A stretch of 64,000 nt of DNA from Squalus acanthias. Lineage: Eukaryota. The notes below the pieces were generated by a model. The model searched no databases. It was not told the DNA's origin and saw only the letters and a list, made by a program, of their open reading frames with translations. The DNA lies in contig JASTWF010000418.1 of assembly GCA_030390025.1 (NCBI GenBank), forward strand, positions 1-64,000. The letters are read 5' to 3'. Positions 1 to 13,088 of this stretch are shown here, in pieces (positions within the stretch are counted from its first letter, which is position 1; each line of letters begins with the position of its first letter). The position numbers and the translations under genes were made by a program.

Positions 1-124
1 GTGAAGGAGATGTTCCTGGGGTGAAATCCGACTGCCTGACACCCCAATGTGGCCGTCCCGTTAGTGTCCATTTCATCGTAGGTGGGGGGTAGGACGTAGA
101 CGCTGGGAACCGTAGGGTATCGGG
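1..124 (-). CDS. Gene 1 C1-set exon B, copy 4 (partial, runs off window)
   Basis: Acceptor at 125-126; ARYPTVPSVYVLPP...GCQAVGFHPRNISF up to the window edge. Confidence 0.88.
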
Positions 125-189
125 CTGGAGATCCACCGGAGAGAGAACGGAATGAAGGCATTAGTGGGCGGTGAGAGATCAGGCCCACC

Positions 190-489
190 TTGGAGCCCCC
201 CAGTTAATCACCCCCCCAGACTGGGGGCAACAGCGAGATCAGCCCCTCACACAGAGTCCCCCAGTTAATCGCCCCCCAGACTGGGGGTAACAGTGAGATC
301 AGCCCCTCACTCAGAGCCCCCCAGTTAATCGCCCCCCAGACTGGGGGCAACAGTGAGATCAGCCCCTCACTCAGAGCCCCCCAGTTAATCGCCCCCCAGT
401 CTAGGGGGAACAGCGAGATCAGCCCCTCACTCAGAGCCCCCCAGTTAATCGCCCCCCAGACTGGGGGGAAGAGCGAGATCAGCCCCTCA
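190..489. repeat. 60-bp minisatellite; also at 2790-3140, 5030-5470, 6265-6490, 9105-9425, 11120-11410, 13480-13795, 15490-15790
   Basis: Unit AGCCCCTCACTCAGAGCCCCCCAGTTAATCGCCCCCCAGACTGGGGGGAACAGCGAGATC. Confidence 0.95.
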
Positions 490-2789
490 TAGAGTCAGAG
501 AGTCATAGAGTTAAACAGCCCAGAAAGAGGCCCTTCGGCCCATCGTGTCCGCGCCGGCCATCAAGCCCTGTCTATTCTAATCCCAGTTTCCAGCACTTGG
601 TCCGTAGCCTTGTATGCTATGGCGTTTCAAGTGCTCATCTAAATGCTTCTTGAATGTTGTGAGGGTTCCTGCCTCTACCACCCTTTCAGGCAGTGAGTTC
701 CTGATTCCAACCACCCTCTGGGTGAAAAAGTTTTTCCTCAAATCCCCACTAAACCTCCTGCCCCTTACCTTGAAACTATGCCCCCTGGTTATTGACCCCT
801 CTACTAAGGGCAAATGTTCCTTTCTATCTACCCTATCTATGCCCCTCATAATTTTGTTCACCTCAATCAGGTCCCCCCTCAGCCTTCTCTGCTCTAAGGA
901 AAACAACCCCAGCCTGTCCAGTCTCTCTTCATAGCTGAAGCGCTCCAGCCCAGTTAACATCCTGGTGAATCTCCTCTGCACCCTCTCCAATGCAATCACA
1001 TCCCTCCTATAGTGTGGCGAGCAGAACTGCACACAGTATTCCAGCTGTGGCCTAACTAGCGTTTTGTACAGCTCCATCATAACCTCCCTGCTCTTATATT
1101 CTATGCCTCGGCTAATGATGACAAGTATCCCATATGCCTATTTAACCACCTTATCTACCTGTCCTGCTGCCTTCAGGGATCTATGTACATGCACACCAAG
1201 GTCCCTCTGATCCTCTGTCCTTCCTAGGGTCCTACCATTCATTGTGTATTCCCTTGCCTTGTTAGTCCTCCCAAAATGCATCACCTCACACTTTTCAGGG
1301 TTAAATTCCATTTGTCACTGTTCTGCCCATCTGACCAACCCGTCTATATCGTCCTGTAGCCTGAGGCTTCCCTCCTCGATATTTACCACCCCACCAATTT
1401 TCATGTCATCTGCGAACTTACTGATCATACCTCCTACATTCATATCTAAATCATTAATGTACACTACAAACAGCAAAGGACCCAGCACCGATCCCTGCGG
1501 TACACCACTGGACACAGGCTTCCAGTCACAAAAACAACCTTCGACCATCATCCTCTGCCTCCTGCCACTAAGCCAATTTTGGATCCAATGTGCCAAGTTG
1601 CCCTGGATCCCACGGGCTCTTATCTTCTTGACCAGTCTCCCATGCGGGACCTTTTCAAAAGCCTTACTGAAGTCCATGTGGACCACATCAACTGCACTAC
1701 CCTCATCCACACACCTAGTCACCCCCTCAAAAAATTCAATCAAATTGGTCAGACATGATCTCCCCCTGACAAAGCCATGCTGACTATCCTTGATTAATCC
1801 TTGCCTCTCCAAGTGGAGACTAATTCTGTCCCTCTGAATTTTTTCCAATAATTTCCCTACCACTGATGTTAGGCTCACTGGCCTGTAATTCCCTGGTTTA
1901 TCCTTACTACCCTTCTTGAATAATGGTACTACGTTAGCTATTCTCCAGTCCTCTGGCACCTCCCCTGTGGCCAGAGAGGTTCTGAAAATTTGTGTCAGAG
2001 CCCCTGCAATCTCCTCCCTTGCCTCACACAGCAGCCTGGGATACATCTCGTCTGGGCCTGGGGATTTATCCACTTTTAAGCCCGCTAAAACCGCTAGTAG
2101 CTCCTCCCTCTCAATACTAATTTGTTCAAGTATATCACAATCCCCCTGTCTGATTTCTATGCCTACATCGTCCTTCTCCATAGTGAACACAGATGCAAAA
2201 TATTCATTTAAAACCTCATCTACATCTTCCGGCTCTACACACAGATTGCCACTTTGGTCCCTAATGGGCCCTACTCTTTCCCTGGTTATCCTCTTGCCAT
2301 TAATATACTTATAAAACACCTTGGGATTTTCCTTCATTTTGCCCGCCAGTGTTTCTTCGCTCATCTAATTTCATTTTTAAGTACCCCCCTGCACTTTCTA
2401 TACTCCTCTAGGGCTTCCACTGTTTTTAGTCCTTTGTATCTGCCAAAAGCCTCCCTTTTTTTCCTAATCCATTCTCGTATATCCCGTGACATCCAGGTTT
2501 CCCTGGGCTTGTTGGTCCCACCCTTGACCTTTACGGGAACATGTTGCCGTTGTACTCTCTCCATTTCCTTTCTGAAAGACTCTCACTGCTCTGATGTGGA
2601 TTTTCCTACAAGTAGCTGATCCCAGTCCACTTTGTCCAGATCCTGCCTTATCATATTAAAATCGGACCTTCCCCCAATTTAGAACCTTTATTTCCGGTCC
2701 ATCTTTGTCCTTTTCCATGACAACCTTAAATCTCACCGATTTATGGTCAGTGTCACCAAAATGCTCTCCTACTGACACTTCTACCACTT
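490..2789 (-). mobile_element. 5'-truncated CR1-clade LINE (ORF2 RT region with stops/frameshifts)
   Basis: ORFs with [43 protein letters not shown]; microsatellite tail near 490; possible TSD CCCCTCA (483-489 / 2790-2796). Confidence 0.92.
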
Positions 2790-3490
2790 CCCCTCACTCA
2801 GAGCCCCCCAGTTATTCGCCCCCCAGACTGGGGGAAACAGCGAGATCAGCCCCTCACTCAGAGCCCCCCAGTTAATCGCCCCCCAGACTGGGGGGAAGAG
2901 CGAGATCAGCCCTTCACTCGGAGCCCCCCAGTTAATCGCCCCCCAGACTGGGGGGAAGAGCGAGATCAGCCCCTCACTCGGAGCCCCCCAGTTAATCGCC
3001 CCCCAGACACGGGGGAAGAGCAAGATCAGCCCCTCACTCGGAGTCCCCCAGTTAATCGCCCCCCAGACTCGGGGGAAGAGCGAGATCAGCCCCTCACTCG
3101 GAGTCCCCCAGTTCACCGGCCCCCCAGACTGGGGGGAGCAGCGTTGGAGGGTTTCCGATGTCTGGGTTGTGATTCCGCGGGGGCTCATTAACGACAATCG
3201 CGGGAACCCGCTGGATTGAAATGGAAGGGGAGTGGGTGGGGGTGGGGGGGGGCCGGGGAGGAGCGCCCCTCGCGATCTGTTTCCCGGGTCACAAACCTCC
3301 CCTCCCCTCCCCCGGCGACTGGGAGCCAAGCCCAGGGGTTAACCCACTAAACCTCCAACCCCCAACTCTCAAATCCCCAGCACGAATCTCCACCTCAAAC
3401 CGCCCAGCCCAATTCAACCTCCCTAACCCCCGACCCCCTCGCTGCCCCCCCGCCCCCCCCCCAACAACCCCCAGCAGTCCAGACACTCAC

Positions 3491-3808
3491 CTCTGGTCCT
3501 GATCTCCTTGACGATGGGCTGGGTCAGTGTCTGGTGTGAGACGACACACTGGTATTTGTCCACATCCACCCAGTCTCGACCCCTGACCTCCAGCTGACTG
3601 ACGGTGGTGTACCGATCCGCGGGGTCTCGGGACAGAGGCTGCTCGGTGATTCCCGACCTCACTCGTCTTCCGTCCGAGAACCAGGAGATCCGCACACTGG
3701 GGGGGTAGAATCCGCTGACTAGGCACAGCAGGGGGGTGAAACCGTTCTCCGATATCTCCCCCGGGGGCGGGTAATGAAGCTGGACCGAGGGAGGAGAGGA
3801 TGATGGCA
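3491..3808 (-). CDS. Gene 1 C1-set exon A, copy 4
   Basis: Intact splice sites, 318 nt. Confidence 0.9.
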
Positions 3809-3814
3809 CTGGAA

Positions 3815-4110
3815 CAAGAATCAAGGGGTCAGTCACTGGCCTGAGTGTCTCTGGCCCAGAATCGAGGGGTCAATCACTGACCTCAGTGTGTCTGGCCTAG
3901 AATCGAGGGGTCAGTCACTGACCTCAGTGTGTCTGGCCCAGAATCGAGGGGTCAGTCACTGACCTCAGTGTGTCTGGCCCAGAATCGAGGGGTCATTCAC
4001 TGGCCCGAGTCTCTCTGGCCTAGAATCGAAAGGTCAACCACTGACCTCAGTGTGTCTGGCCCAGAATCGAGGGGTCAGTCACTGACCTCAGTGTCTCTGG
4101 CCCAGAATCA
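3815..4110. repeat. 41-bp minisatellite next to each exon A acceptor; also at 6965-7175, 12085-12420, 16455-16600
   Basis: Unit AATCGAGGGGTCAGTCACTGACCTCAGTGTGTCTGGCCCAG. Confidence 0.93.
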
Positions 4111-4641
4111 ACAGTGATTGGACAGTGTAGATGGAGCTTTACTCTGTATCTAACCCGTGCTGTACCTGCCCTGGGAGTGTTTGATGGGACAGTGTAGAGG
4201 GAGCTTTACTCTGTATCTAACCCGTGCTGTACCTGCCCTGGGAGTGTTTGATGGGACAGTGTAGAGGGAGCTTTACTCTGTATCTAACCCGTGCTGTACC
4301 TGCCCTGGGAGTGTCTGATGGGACAGTGTAGAGGGAGCTTTACTCTGTATCTAACCCATGCTGTACCTGCCCTGGGAGTGTTTGATGGGCCAGTGTAGAG
4401 GGAGCTTTACTCTGTATCTAACCCGTGCTGTACCTGCCCTGGGAGTGTTTGATGGGACAGTGTAGAGGGAGCTTTACTCTGTATCTAACCCGTGCTGTAC
4501 CTGCCCTGGGAGTGTTTGATGGGACAGTGTAGAGGGAGCTTTACTCTGTATCTAACCTGTGCTGTACCTGCCCTGGGAGTGTTTGATGGGACAGTGTGGA
4601 GGGAGCTGTACTCTCTATCTGAGGGATGAGGTGTATCTTAC

Positions 4642-4962
4642 CGTCATGTTTGCTGAGGGTCTGTGTCAGCGGAGTTGTTGAGGAAAGGTGTTTGACCAGA
4701 CAGGTGAAGATTGATCCTGAATCCCATTCCCGGACAGGGACCTTTAACGTGCTGCTGGAACTGTAGGTCCCATTCTCGTGTTGCGTTGTGTGGCCAGGCT
4801 CCGAGGAGAAGGATGTCTGGCGGTTATTGATGAGCCAGGTGAAGGAGATGTTCCTGGGGTGAAATCCGACTGCCTGACACCCCAATGTGGCCGTCCTGTT
4901 AGTGTCCATTTCATCGTAGGTGGGGGGTAGGACGTAGACGCTGGGAACCGTAGGGTATCGGG
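4642..4962 (-). CDS. Gene 1 C1-set exon B, copy 3
   Basis: Intact splice sites, 321 nt; NRT and RNIS variants. Confidence 0.9.
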
Positions 4963-5471
4963 CTGGAGATCCACCGGAGAGAGAACGGAATGAAGGCATT
5001 AGTGGGCGGTGAGAGATCAGGCCCACCTTGGAGCCCCCCAGTTAATCGCCCCCCAGTTAATCACCCCCCAGACTGGGGGGAACAGCGAGATGAGCCCCAC
5101 CTTGGAGCCCCCCAGTTAATCACCCCCCAGACTGGGGGGAAGAGCGAGATCACCCCCTCACTCAGAGCCCCCCAGTTAATCGCCCCCCAGACTGGGGGCA
5201 ACAGCGATATCAGCCCCTCACTTGGAGCCCTCCAGTTAATCGCCCCCCAGACTCGGGGGCAACAGCGATATCAGCCCCTCACTCAGAGCCCCCCAGTTAA
5301 TCACCCCCCAGACTGGGGGGAAGAGCGAGATCAGCCCCTCACTCTGAGCCCCCCAGTTAATCGCCCCCAGACTGGGGGGAACAGCGAGATCAGCCCCTCA
5401 CTCAGAGACCCGCAGTTAACGGCCCCCCAGTTAATCGCCCCCCAGACTGTGGGGGAAGAGCGAGAGGAGCC

Positions 5472-6259
5472 TGTAGGATAGAGTGTACCTGTAGGATTTA
5501 GGAAACATTGTTAAGATTTTGTAACCATTATTAAGTAAGTATAATATGTGAAATTGTATGTTAAAAACCTAAAACGCTTATATAAAATGCCAGGCAAGCA
5601 AAGCTTGATGGTAAAATTAAGCCAGCATTATGTTAACTGGGAGAATAGTGCTGAGGTAGTGTAGATTTTCTGTTATATTAAAAACAAGAAGCCAGTGAAG
5701 GACAAAGCATTAATTAAGTCTCAAAGTAAGACAGAGGGTTTTCAATACCGAACATCCCTTATCGCTGAAGTTTCAGACCAGTCTAGATAATGGGCTGTGG
5801 GAAAGGCAAAAGACCTCCGTCGTAATTCATGGGAAGTCCGGCTATGTGAAAGTTCTCATCCTCAAAGCTCACAGCAGAATAGGGGAGGGAATCATAGACC
5901 GTACTTGTGAAGGTCAGCATGGTGAGATAGCCCAAGCAGCTGCCAGTTGCTATGTATTTTGAAAGGGAAAAAAAAGGTATAAAGGAACAGCTATTGAACA
6001 CTGAAAGCAGTGCGAAACCAGAGGTCGAGAAGCTTCAGTCAACAGAACACAGCAAGAGAATAAAGAGACCGCGCCGCAGTCACTCGGAAGCAACGCCAGG
6101 GTTCAATGAACAGACGGCGACTATCTTCTTGTTAAGTATTACTTCTTTATACTGGATGTTTAATGTTTAATAAACCTGTTTTACTGATACACAATATACC
6201 TGGACCCAGAGTGGTTTGTGTCGTCACGGACAAATTAATTCAGAGCTTTAAAAGCTACA
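5472..6259 (+). mobile_element. Putative solo LTR
   Basis: TGTAG...CTACA termini, internal TATAAA and AATAAA, near-TSD AGCC/AGAC; absent from the equivalent A4-B4 intron. Confidence 0.7.
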
Positions 6260-6639
6260 AGACCCACCTCAGAGCCCCCCAGTTAATCGCCCCCCAGATT
6301 GGGGGGAAGTGCGAGATCAGCCCCTCACTCGGAGCCCCCCAGTTAATCAACCCCCAGATTGGGGGGGATGAGCGAGATCAGCCCCTCACTCGGAGCCCCC
6401 CAGTTAATCAACCCCCAGATTGGGGGGGAAGAGCGAGATCAGCCCCTCACTCAGAGCCCCCCAGTTAATCAGCCCCCCAGACTGGGGGTTAACCCACTAA
6501 ACCTCCAACCCCCAACTCTCAAATCCCCAGCACGAATCTCCACCTCAAACCGCCCAGCCCAATTCAAGCTCCCTAACCCCCGACCCCCTCGCTGCCCCCC
6601 TGCTCCCCCGCAACAACCCCCAGCAGTCCAGACACTCAC

Positions 6640-6957
6640 CTCTGGTCCTGATCTCCTTGACGATGGGCTGGGTCAGCGTCTGGTGTGAGACGACACACTG
6701 GTACTTGTCCACATCCACCCAGTCTCGACCCCTGACCTCCAGCTGACTGACGGTGGTGTACCGATCCGTGGGGTCTCGGGACAGAGGCTGCTCGGTGATT
6801 CCCGACCTCACTCGTCTTCCGTCCGAGAACCAGGAGATCCGCACACTGGGGGGGTAGAATCCGCTGACTAGGCAGAGCAGGGGGGTGAAACCGTTCTCCG
6901 ATATCTCCCCCGGGGGCGGGTAATGAAGCTGGACCGAGGGAGGAGAGGACGATGGCA
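6640..6957 (-). CDS. Gene 1 C1-set exon A, copy 3
   Basis: Intact splice sites, 318 nt; DPTDRY variant. Confidence 0.9.
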
Positions 6958-7184
6958 CTGGAACAAGAATCAAGGGGTCAGTCACTGGCCCGAGTGTCTC
7001 TGGCCCAGAATCGAGGGGTCAGTCACTGGCCCGAGTGTCTCTGGCCCAGAATCGAGGGGTCAATCACTGACCCGAGTGTCTCTGGCCCAGAATCGAGGGA
7101 TTAGTCACTGACCTCAGTGTGTCTGGCCCAGAATCGAGGGGTCGATCATTGACCTCAGTGTGTCTGGCCCAGATACGACAGTGA

Positions 7185-8695
7185 TTGGACAGTGTAGAGG
7201 GAGCTTTACTCTGTATCTAACCCCGTGCTGTACCTGCCCTGGGAGTGTTTCATGGGACAGTGTCGAGGGAGCTTTACTCTGTATCTAACCCGTGGTGTAC
7301 CTGCCCTGGGAGTGTTTGATGGGACAGTGTAGAGGGAGCTTTACTCTGAATCTAACCCCGTGCTGTACCTGCCCTGGGAGTGTTTGATGGGACAGTGTCG
7401 AGGGAGCTTTACTCTGTATCTAACCCATACTGTACCTGCCCTGGGAGTGTTTGATGGGACAGTGTAGAGGGACCTTTACTCCGTATCTAACCTGTGCTGT
7501 ACCTGCCATGGGAGTGTTTGATGGGACAGTGTAGAGGGAGCTTTACTCTGTATCTAACCCCGTGCTGTACCTGCCCTGGGAGTGTTTGATGGGACAGTGG
7601 AGAGGGAGCTTTACTCTGTATCTAACCCGTGCTGTACCTGCCCTGGGAGTGTTTGATGGGACAGTGTAGAGGGAGCCTTTACTCTGTATCTAACCGTGCT
7701 GTACCTGCCTTGGGAGTGTTTGATGGGACAGTGTAGAGGGTTCTTTACTCTGTGTCTAACCTGTGCTGTACCTGCCCTGGGAGTGTTTGATGAGACAGTG
7801 TAGAGGGAGCTTTACTCTGTATCTAACTCGTGCTGTACCTGCCCTGGGAGTGTTTGATGGAACAGTGTAGAGGGGGCTTTACTCTGTATCTAACCCGTGC
7901 TGTACCTGCCTTGGGAGTGTTTGATGGGACAGTGTAGAAGGAGCTTTACTCTGTATCTAACCCGTGCTGTACCTGCCCTGAGAGTGTTTGATGGGACAGT
8001 GTAGAGGGAGCTTTACTCTGTATCTAACCCGTGCTGTACCTGCCCTGGGAGTGTTTGATGGGACAGTGTAGAGGGAGCTTTACTCTGTATCTAACCCGTG
8101 CTGTACCTGCCCTGGGAGTGTTTGATGGGACAGTGTAGAGGGAGCTTTACTCTGTATCTAACCCGTGCTGTACCTGCCCTGGGAGTGTTTGATGGGACAG
8201 TGTAGAGGGAGCTTTACTCTGTATCTAACCCGTGCTGTACCTGCCCTGGGAGTGTTTGATGGGACAGTGTAGAGGGAGCTTTACTCTGTATCTAACCCGT
8301 GCTGTACCTGCCCTGGGAGTGTTTGATGGGACAGTGTAGAGGGAGCTTTACTCTGTATCTAACCCCGTGCTGTACCTGCCCTGGGAGTGTTTGATGGGAC
8401 AGTGTAGAGGGAGCTTTACTCTGTATCTAACCCGTGCTGTACCTGCCCTGGGAGTGTTTGATGGGACAGTGTAGAGGGAGCTTTACTCTGTATCTAACCC
8501 GTGCTGTACCTGCCCTGGGAGTGTTTGATGGGACAGTGTAGAGGGAGCTTTACTCTGTATCTAACCCGTGCTGTACCTGCCCTGGGAGTGTTTGATGGGA
8601 CAGTGTAGAGGGAGCTTTACTCTGTATCTAACCCGTGCTGTACCTGCCCTGGGAGTGTTTGATGGGACAGTGTGGAGGGAGCTGTACTCTCTATC
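7185..8695. repeat. 67-bp minisatellite; also at 4120-4620 and 12430-13065
   Basis: Unit GGGACAGTGTAGAGGGAGCTTTACTCTGTATCTAACCCGTGCTGTACCTGCCCTGGGAGTGTTTGAT; array length differs between cassettes. Confidence 0.95.
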
Positions 8696-8717
8696 TGAGG
8701 GATGAGGTGTATCTTAC

Positions 8718-9038
8718 CGTCATGTTTGCTGAGGGTCTGTGTCAGCGGAGTTGTTGAGGAAAGGTGTTTGACCAGACAGGTGAAGATCGATCCTGAATCC
8801 CATTCCCGGACAGGGACCTTTAACGTGCTGCTGGAACTGTAGGTCCCATTCTCGTGTTGCGTTGTGTGGCCAGGCTCCGAGGAGAAGGATGTCTGGCGGT
8901 TATTGATGAGCCAGGTGAAGGAGATCTTCCTGGGGTGAAATCCGACTGCCTGACACCCCAATGTGGCCGTCCCGTTAGTGTCCATTTCATCGTAGGTGGG
9001 GGGTAGGACGTAGACGCTGGGAACCGTAGGGTATCGGG
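8718..9038 (-). CDS. Gene 1 C1-set exon B, copy 2
   Basis: Same splice sites and 321-nt open frame as copy 1. Confidence 0.9.
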
Positions 9039-9428
9039 CTGGAGATCCACCGGAGAGACAACGGAATGAAGGCATTAGTGGGCAGTGAGAGATCAGGCCC
9101 ACCTTGGAGCCCCCCAGTTAATCGCCCCCCTGTTAATCGCCCCCAAGACTGGGGGGACAGCGAGATCAGCCCCTCACTCAGAGCCCCCCAGTTAATCACC
9201 CCCCAGACTGGGGTGAACAGCGAGATCAGCCCCTCACTCAGAGCCCCCCAGTTAATCACCCCCCAGACTGGGGGGAACAGTGAGATCAGCCCCTCACTCG
9301 GTGCCCCCCAGTTAATCGCCCCCCAGACTGGGGTGAACAGCGAGATCAGCCCCTCACTCAGAGACCCCCAGTTTACCGGCCCCCCAGTTAATCGCCCCCC
9401 AGACTGGGGGGGAAGAGCGAGAGGAGCC

Positions 9429-11116
9429 TGTAGGATATAGTGTACCTGTAGGATTTAGTAAACATTGTTAAGATTTTGTAACCATTATTAAGTAAGTATA
9501 ATATGTGAAATTGTATGTTAAAAACCTAAAACGCCTGTATAAAATGGCTGGGAAGCAAAGCATGATGGTAAAATTAAGCCAACATTATGTTAACTGGGAG
9601 AATAGTGCTGAGTTGGTGTAGATTTTCTGTTATATTAAAAACAAGAAGCCAGTGAAGGACAAAGCATTAATTAAGTCTCAAAGTAAGACAAAGGGGTAGA
9701 AATTAGTTCGCGCCCCATTTGGGGCGCAAATATCGTCTGGACGCAAATATTAGCGCCTGGCGCTAATTATCGGCACTGACTGGAAACTTCACTTTTACCG
9801 CCCCGGGAGGTGAGTGGAGCTCTAAATCAGGCGCTGCACACCTGTCTTAAGGCGCAAAGGCCAAGGAGTGAGGCGCTACCTCAGAGCGCTGGCGAAGCTC
9901 ATGTAATGTCAGTCAGCAATGGAACACACACACAATGGCACGGGCCAGTTCTTAAAAGGGATGGTTAATCTTGCTTTCCATCCACATCCTGTTCATTGCA
10001 GCCTTGAATCTCGGCCTGGAGAGACTTGCTCATCAAATGTGCTGGAAAGAACAATGGAGAGTACCAGGCAAAGAGCTCAGAGTGCAGCTCCCACAATCTC
10101 TGCTAAATCGATACAAGGAATGGCAAATCAAAATGAACCTACAAAGTGCTGCTCAGTACCCAAAACTCCTTCACACAACGTTGAATCTCTCAGAAGTCTC
10201 TCCCTCTCTCTCTCAGAATGCGTAGTTCAAAAATGCCACCAACAATAAAAGACAGGAAGAGGCCCCCTTTAAATAGCGCCCCCCCCAGCCCCACAGCGAT
10301 TGATAGCGTTCCAGTCTTCTGGTCGTTGGATGCGCCAGGCGGTAAGGCAGGGGGCGCCACTCAATTTCCGCTCCGGGGCGCCACAAGGGCGTTGCACCAT
10401 GGAATGACGTCACAATCTGCGCGCGCAGGTGGTCGCAGCGGTAAAGTTTAGCGCCGCCGCACAATCTCTAGTTAAGTTCCCGAGCGGCGCAAACATCGCT
10501 GCGCCCGGGCGTTAGCGGCTTTGCGCCCCATTAGCGCCCTCTTAAGGCGCTAACGGGAGGCGCAACCAACTGAATTTTTACCCCAAAGGGTTTTCAATAC
10601 CGAACATCCCTCATCGCTGAAGTTTCAGACCAGTCTAGATAATGGGCTGTGGGAAAGGCAAAAGACCTCCGTCTTAATTCATGGGAAGTCCGGCTATGTG
10701 CAAGATCTCAAACTCAAAGTTCACAGCAGAATAGGGGAGGGAATCATAGACCGTACTTGTGAAGGTCAGCATGGTGAGATAGCCCAAGCAGCTGCCAGTT
10801 GCTATGTATTTTGAAAGGGAAAAAAAAGGTATAAAGGAACAGCTATTGAACACTGAAAGCAGTGCGAAACCAGAGGTCGAGAAGCTTCAGTCAACAGAAC
10901 ACAGCAAGAGAATAAAGAGACCGCGCCGCAGTCACTCGGAAGGAACGCCAGGGTTCAATGAACAGACGGCGACTATCTTCTTGTTAAGTATTACTTCTTT
11001 ATACTGGATGTTTAATGTTTAATAAACCTGTTTTACTGATACACAATATACCTGGACCCAGAGTGGTTTGTGTCATAGAAACACGGACAAATTAATTCAG
11101 AGCTTTAAAAGCTACA
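9429..11116 (+). mobile_element. Same putative solo LTR, with nested MITE
   Basis: Homologous to 5472-6259 plus an 892-bp insertion. Confidence 0.7.
9693..10584. mobile_element. Non-autonomous TIR element (PIF/Harbinger-like MITE), family 1
   Basis: TIR GGGGTAGAAATT / AATTTTTACCCC, 3-bp TSD AAA; empty site visible at ~5733-5735. Confidence 0.85.
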
Positions 11117-11760
11117 AGACCCACCTCAGAGCCCCCCAGTTAATCACCCCCCAGACTGGGGGGAAGAGCGAGATCAGCCCCTCACTCAGAGCCCCCCAGT
11201 TAATCGCCCCCCAAACTGGGGGAAACAGCGAGATCAGCCCCTCACTCAGAGCCTCCCAGTTAATCACCCCCCAGACTGGGGGGAAGAGTGAGATCAACCC
11301 CTCACTCAGAGCCCCCCAGTTAATCAGACCCCAGACTGGGGGGAAGAGCGAGATCAGCCCCTCACTCGGAGCCCCCCAGTTCACCGGCCCCCCAGACTGG
11401 GGGGAGCAGCGTTGGAGGGTTTCCGATGTCTGGGTTGTGATTCCGCGGGGGCTCATTAACGACAATCGCGGGAACCCGCTGGATTGAAATGGAAGGGGAG
11501 TGGGGGGGGGGTGGGGGGGGGGCCCCGGGGAGGAGCGCCCCTCGCGATCTGTTCCCCGGGTCACAAACCTCCCCTCCCCTCCCCCGGTGACTGGGAGCCA
11601 AGCCCAGGGGTTAACCCACTAAACCTCCAACCCCCAACTCTCAAATCCCCAGCACGAATCTCCACCTCAAACCGCCCAGCCCAATTCAACCTCCCTAACC
11701 CCTGAACCCTCGCTGCCCCCCCGCCCCCCCCCAACAACCCCCAGCAGTCCAGACACTCAC

Positions 11761-12078
11761 CTCTGGTCCTGATCTCCTTGACGATGGGCTGGGTCAGCGT
11801 CTGGTGTGAGACGACACACTGGTACTTGTCCACATCCACCCAGTCTCGACCCCTGACCTCCAGCTGACTGACGGTGGTGTACCGATCCGCGGGGTCTCGG
11901 GACAGAGGCTGCTCGGTGATTCCCGACCTCACTCGTCTTCCGTCCGAGAACCAGGAGATCCGCACACTGGGGGGGTAGAATCCGCTGACTAGGCAGAGCA
12001 GGGGGGTGAAACCGTTCTCCGATATCTCCCCCGGGGGCGGGTAATGAAGCTGGACCGAGGGAGGAGAGGACGATGGCA
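11761..12078 (-). CDS. Gene 1 C1-set exon A, copy 2
   Basis: Same splice sites and 318-nt open frame as copy 1. Confidence 0.9.
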
Positions 12079-13088
12079 CTGGAACAAGAATCAAGGGGTC
12101 AGTCACTGGCCTGAGTGTCTCTGGCCCAGAATCGAGGGGTCAGTCACTGACCTTAGTGTGTCTGGCCCAGAATCGAGGGGTCAGTCACTGACCTCAGTGT
12201 GTCTGGCCCAGAATCGAGGGGTCAGTCACTGACCTCAGTGTGTCTGGCCCAGAATCGAGGGGTCATTCACTGGCCCGAGTGTCTCTGGCCCAGAATCGAG
12301 GGGTCATTCACTGGCCCGAGTGTCTCTGGCCCAGATTCGAAAGGTCAACCACTGACCTCAGTGTGTCTGGCCCAGAATCGAGGGGTCAGTCACTGACCTC
12401 AGTGTCTCTGGCCCAGAATCAACAGTGATTGGACAGTGTAGATGGAGCTTTCCTCTGTATCTAACCCGTGCTGTACCTGCCCTGGGAGTGTTTGATGGGA
12501 CAGTGTAGAGGGAGCTTTACTCAGTATCTAACCCGTGCTGTACCTGCCCTGGGAGTGTTTGATGGGGACAGTGTAGAGGGAGCTTTACTCTGTATCTAAC
12601 CCATGCTGTACCTGCCCTGGGAGTGTTTGATGGGACAGTGTAGAGGGAGCTTTACTCTGTATCTAACCCTGTGCTGTACCTGCCCTGGGAGTGTGTGATG
12701 GGACAGTGTAGAGGGAGCTTTACTCTGTATCTAACCCGTGCTGTACCTGCCTTGGGAGTGTTTGATGGGACAGTGTAGAGGGAGCTTTACTCTGTATCTA
12801 ACCCGTGCTATACCTGCCCGGGAGTGCATGATGGGACAGTGTAGAGGGAGCTTTACTCTGTATCTAACCCCATGCTGTACCTGCCCTGGGAGTGTTTGAT
12901 GGGACAGTGTAGAGGGAGCTTTACTCTGTATCTAACCCGTGCTGTACCTGCCCTGGGAGTGTTTGATGGGACAGTATAGAGGGAGCTTTACTCTGTATCT
13001 AACCCGTGCTGTACCTGCCCTGGGAGTGTTTGATGGGACAGTGTGCAGGGAGCTGTACTCTCTATCTAAGGGATGAGGTGTATCTTAC

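Noticed and set aside
4541-4641. Secretory tail from read-through of exon B
   Set aside because: The extension is 67-bp minisatellite sequence, differs between copies (early stop in copy 1) and lacks a tailpiece Cys.
7185-8695. CRISPR-like array
   Set aside because: Units are contiguous with no unique spacers; vertebrate context, no cas genes.
9919-10464. ORFs inside the MITE as a transposase
   Set aside because: Short, frames differ between copies and no DDE motif is recognisable.
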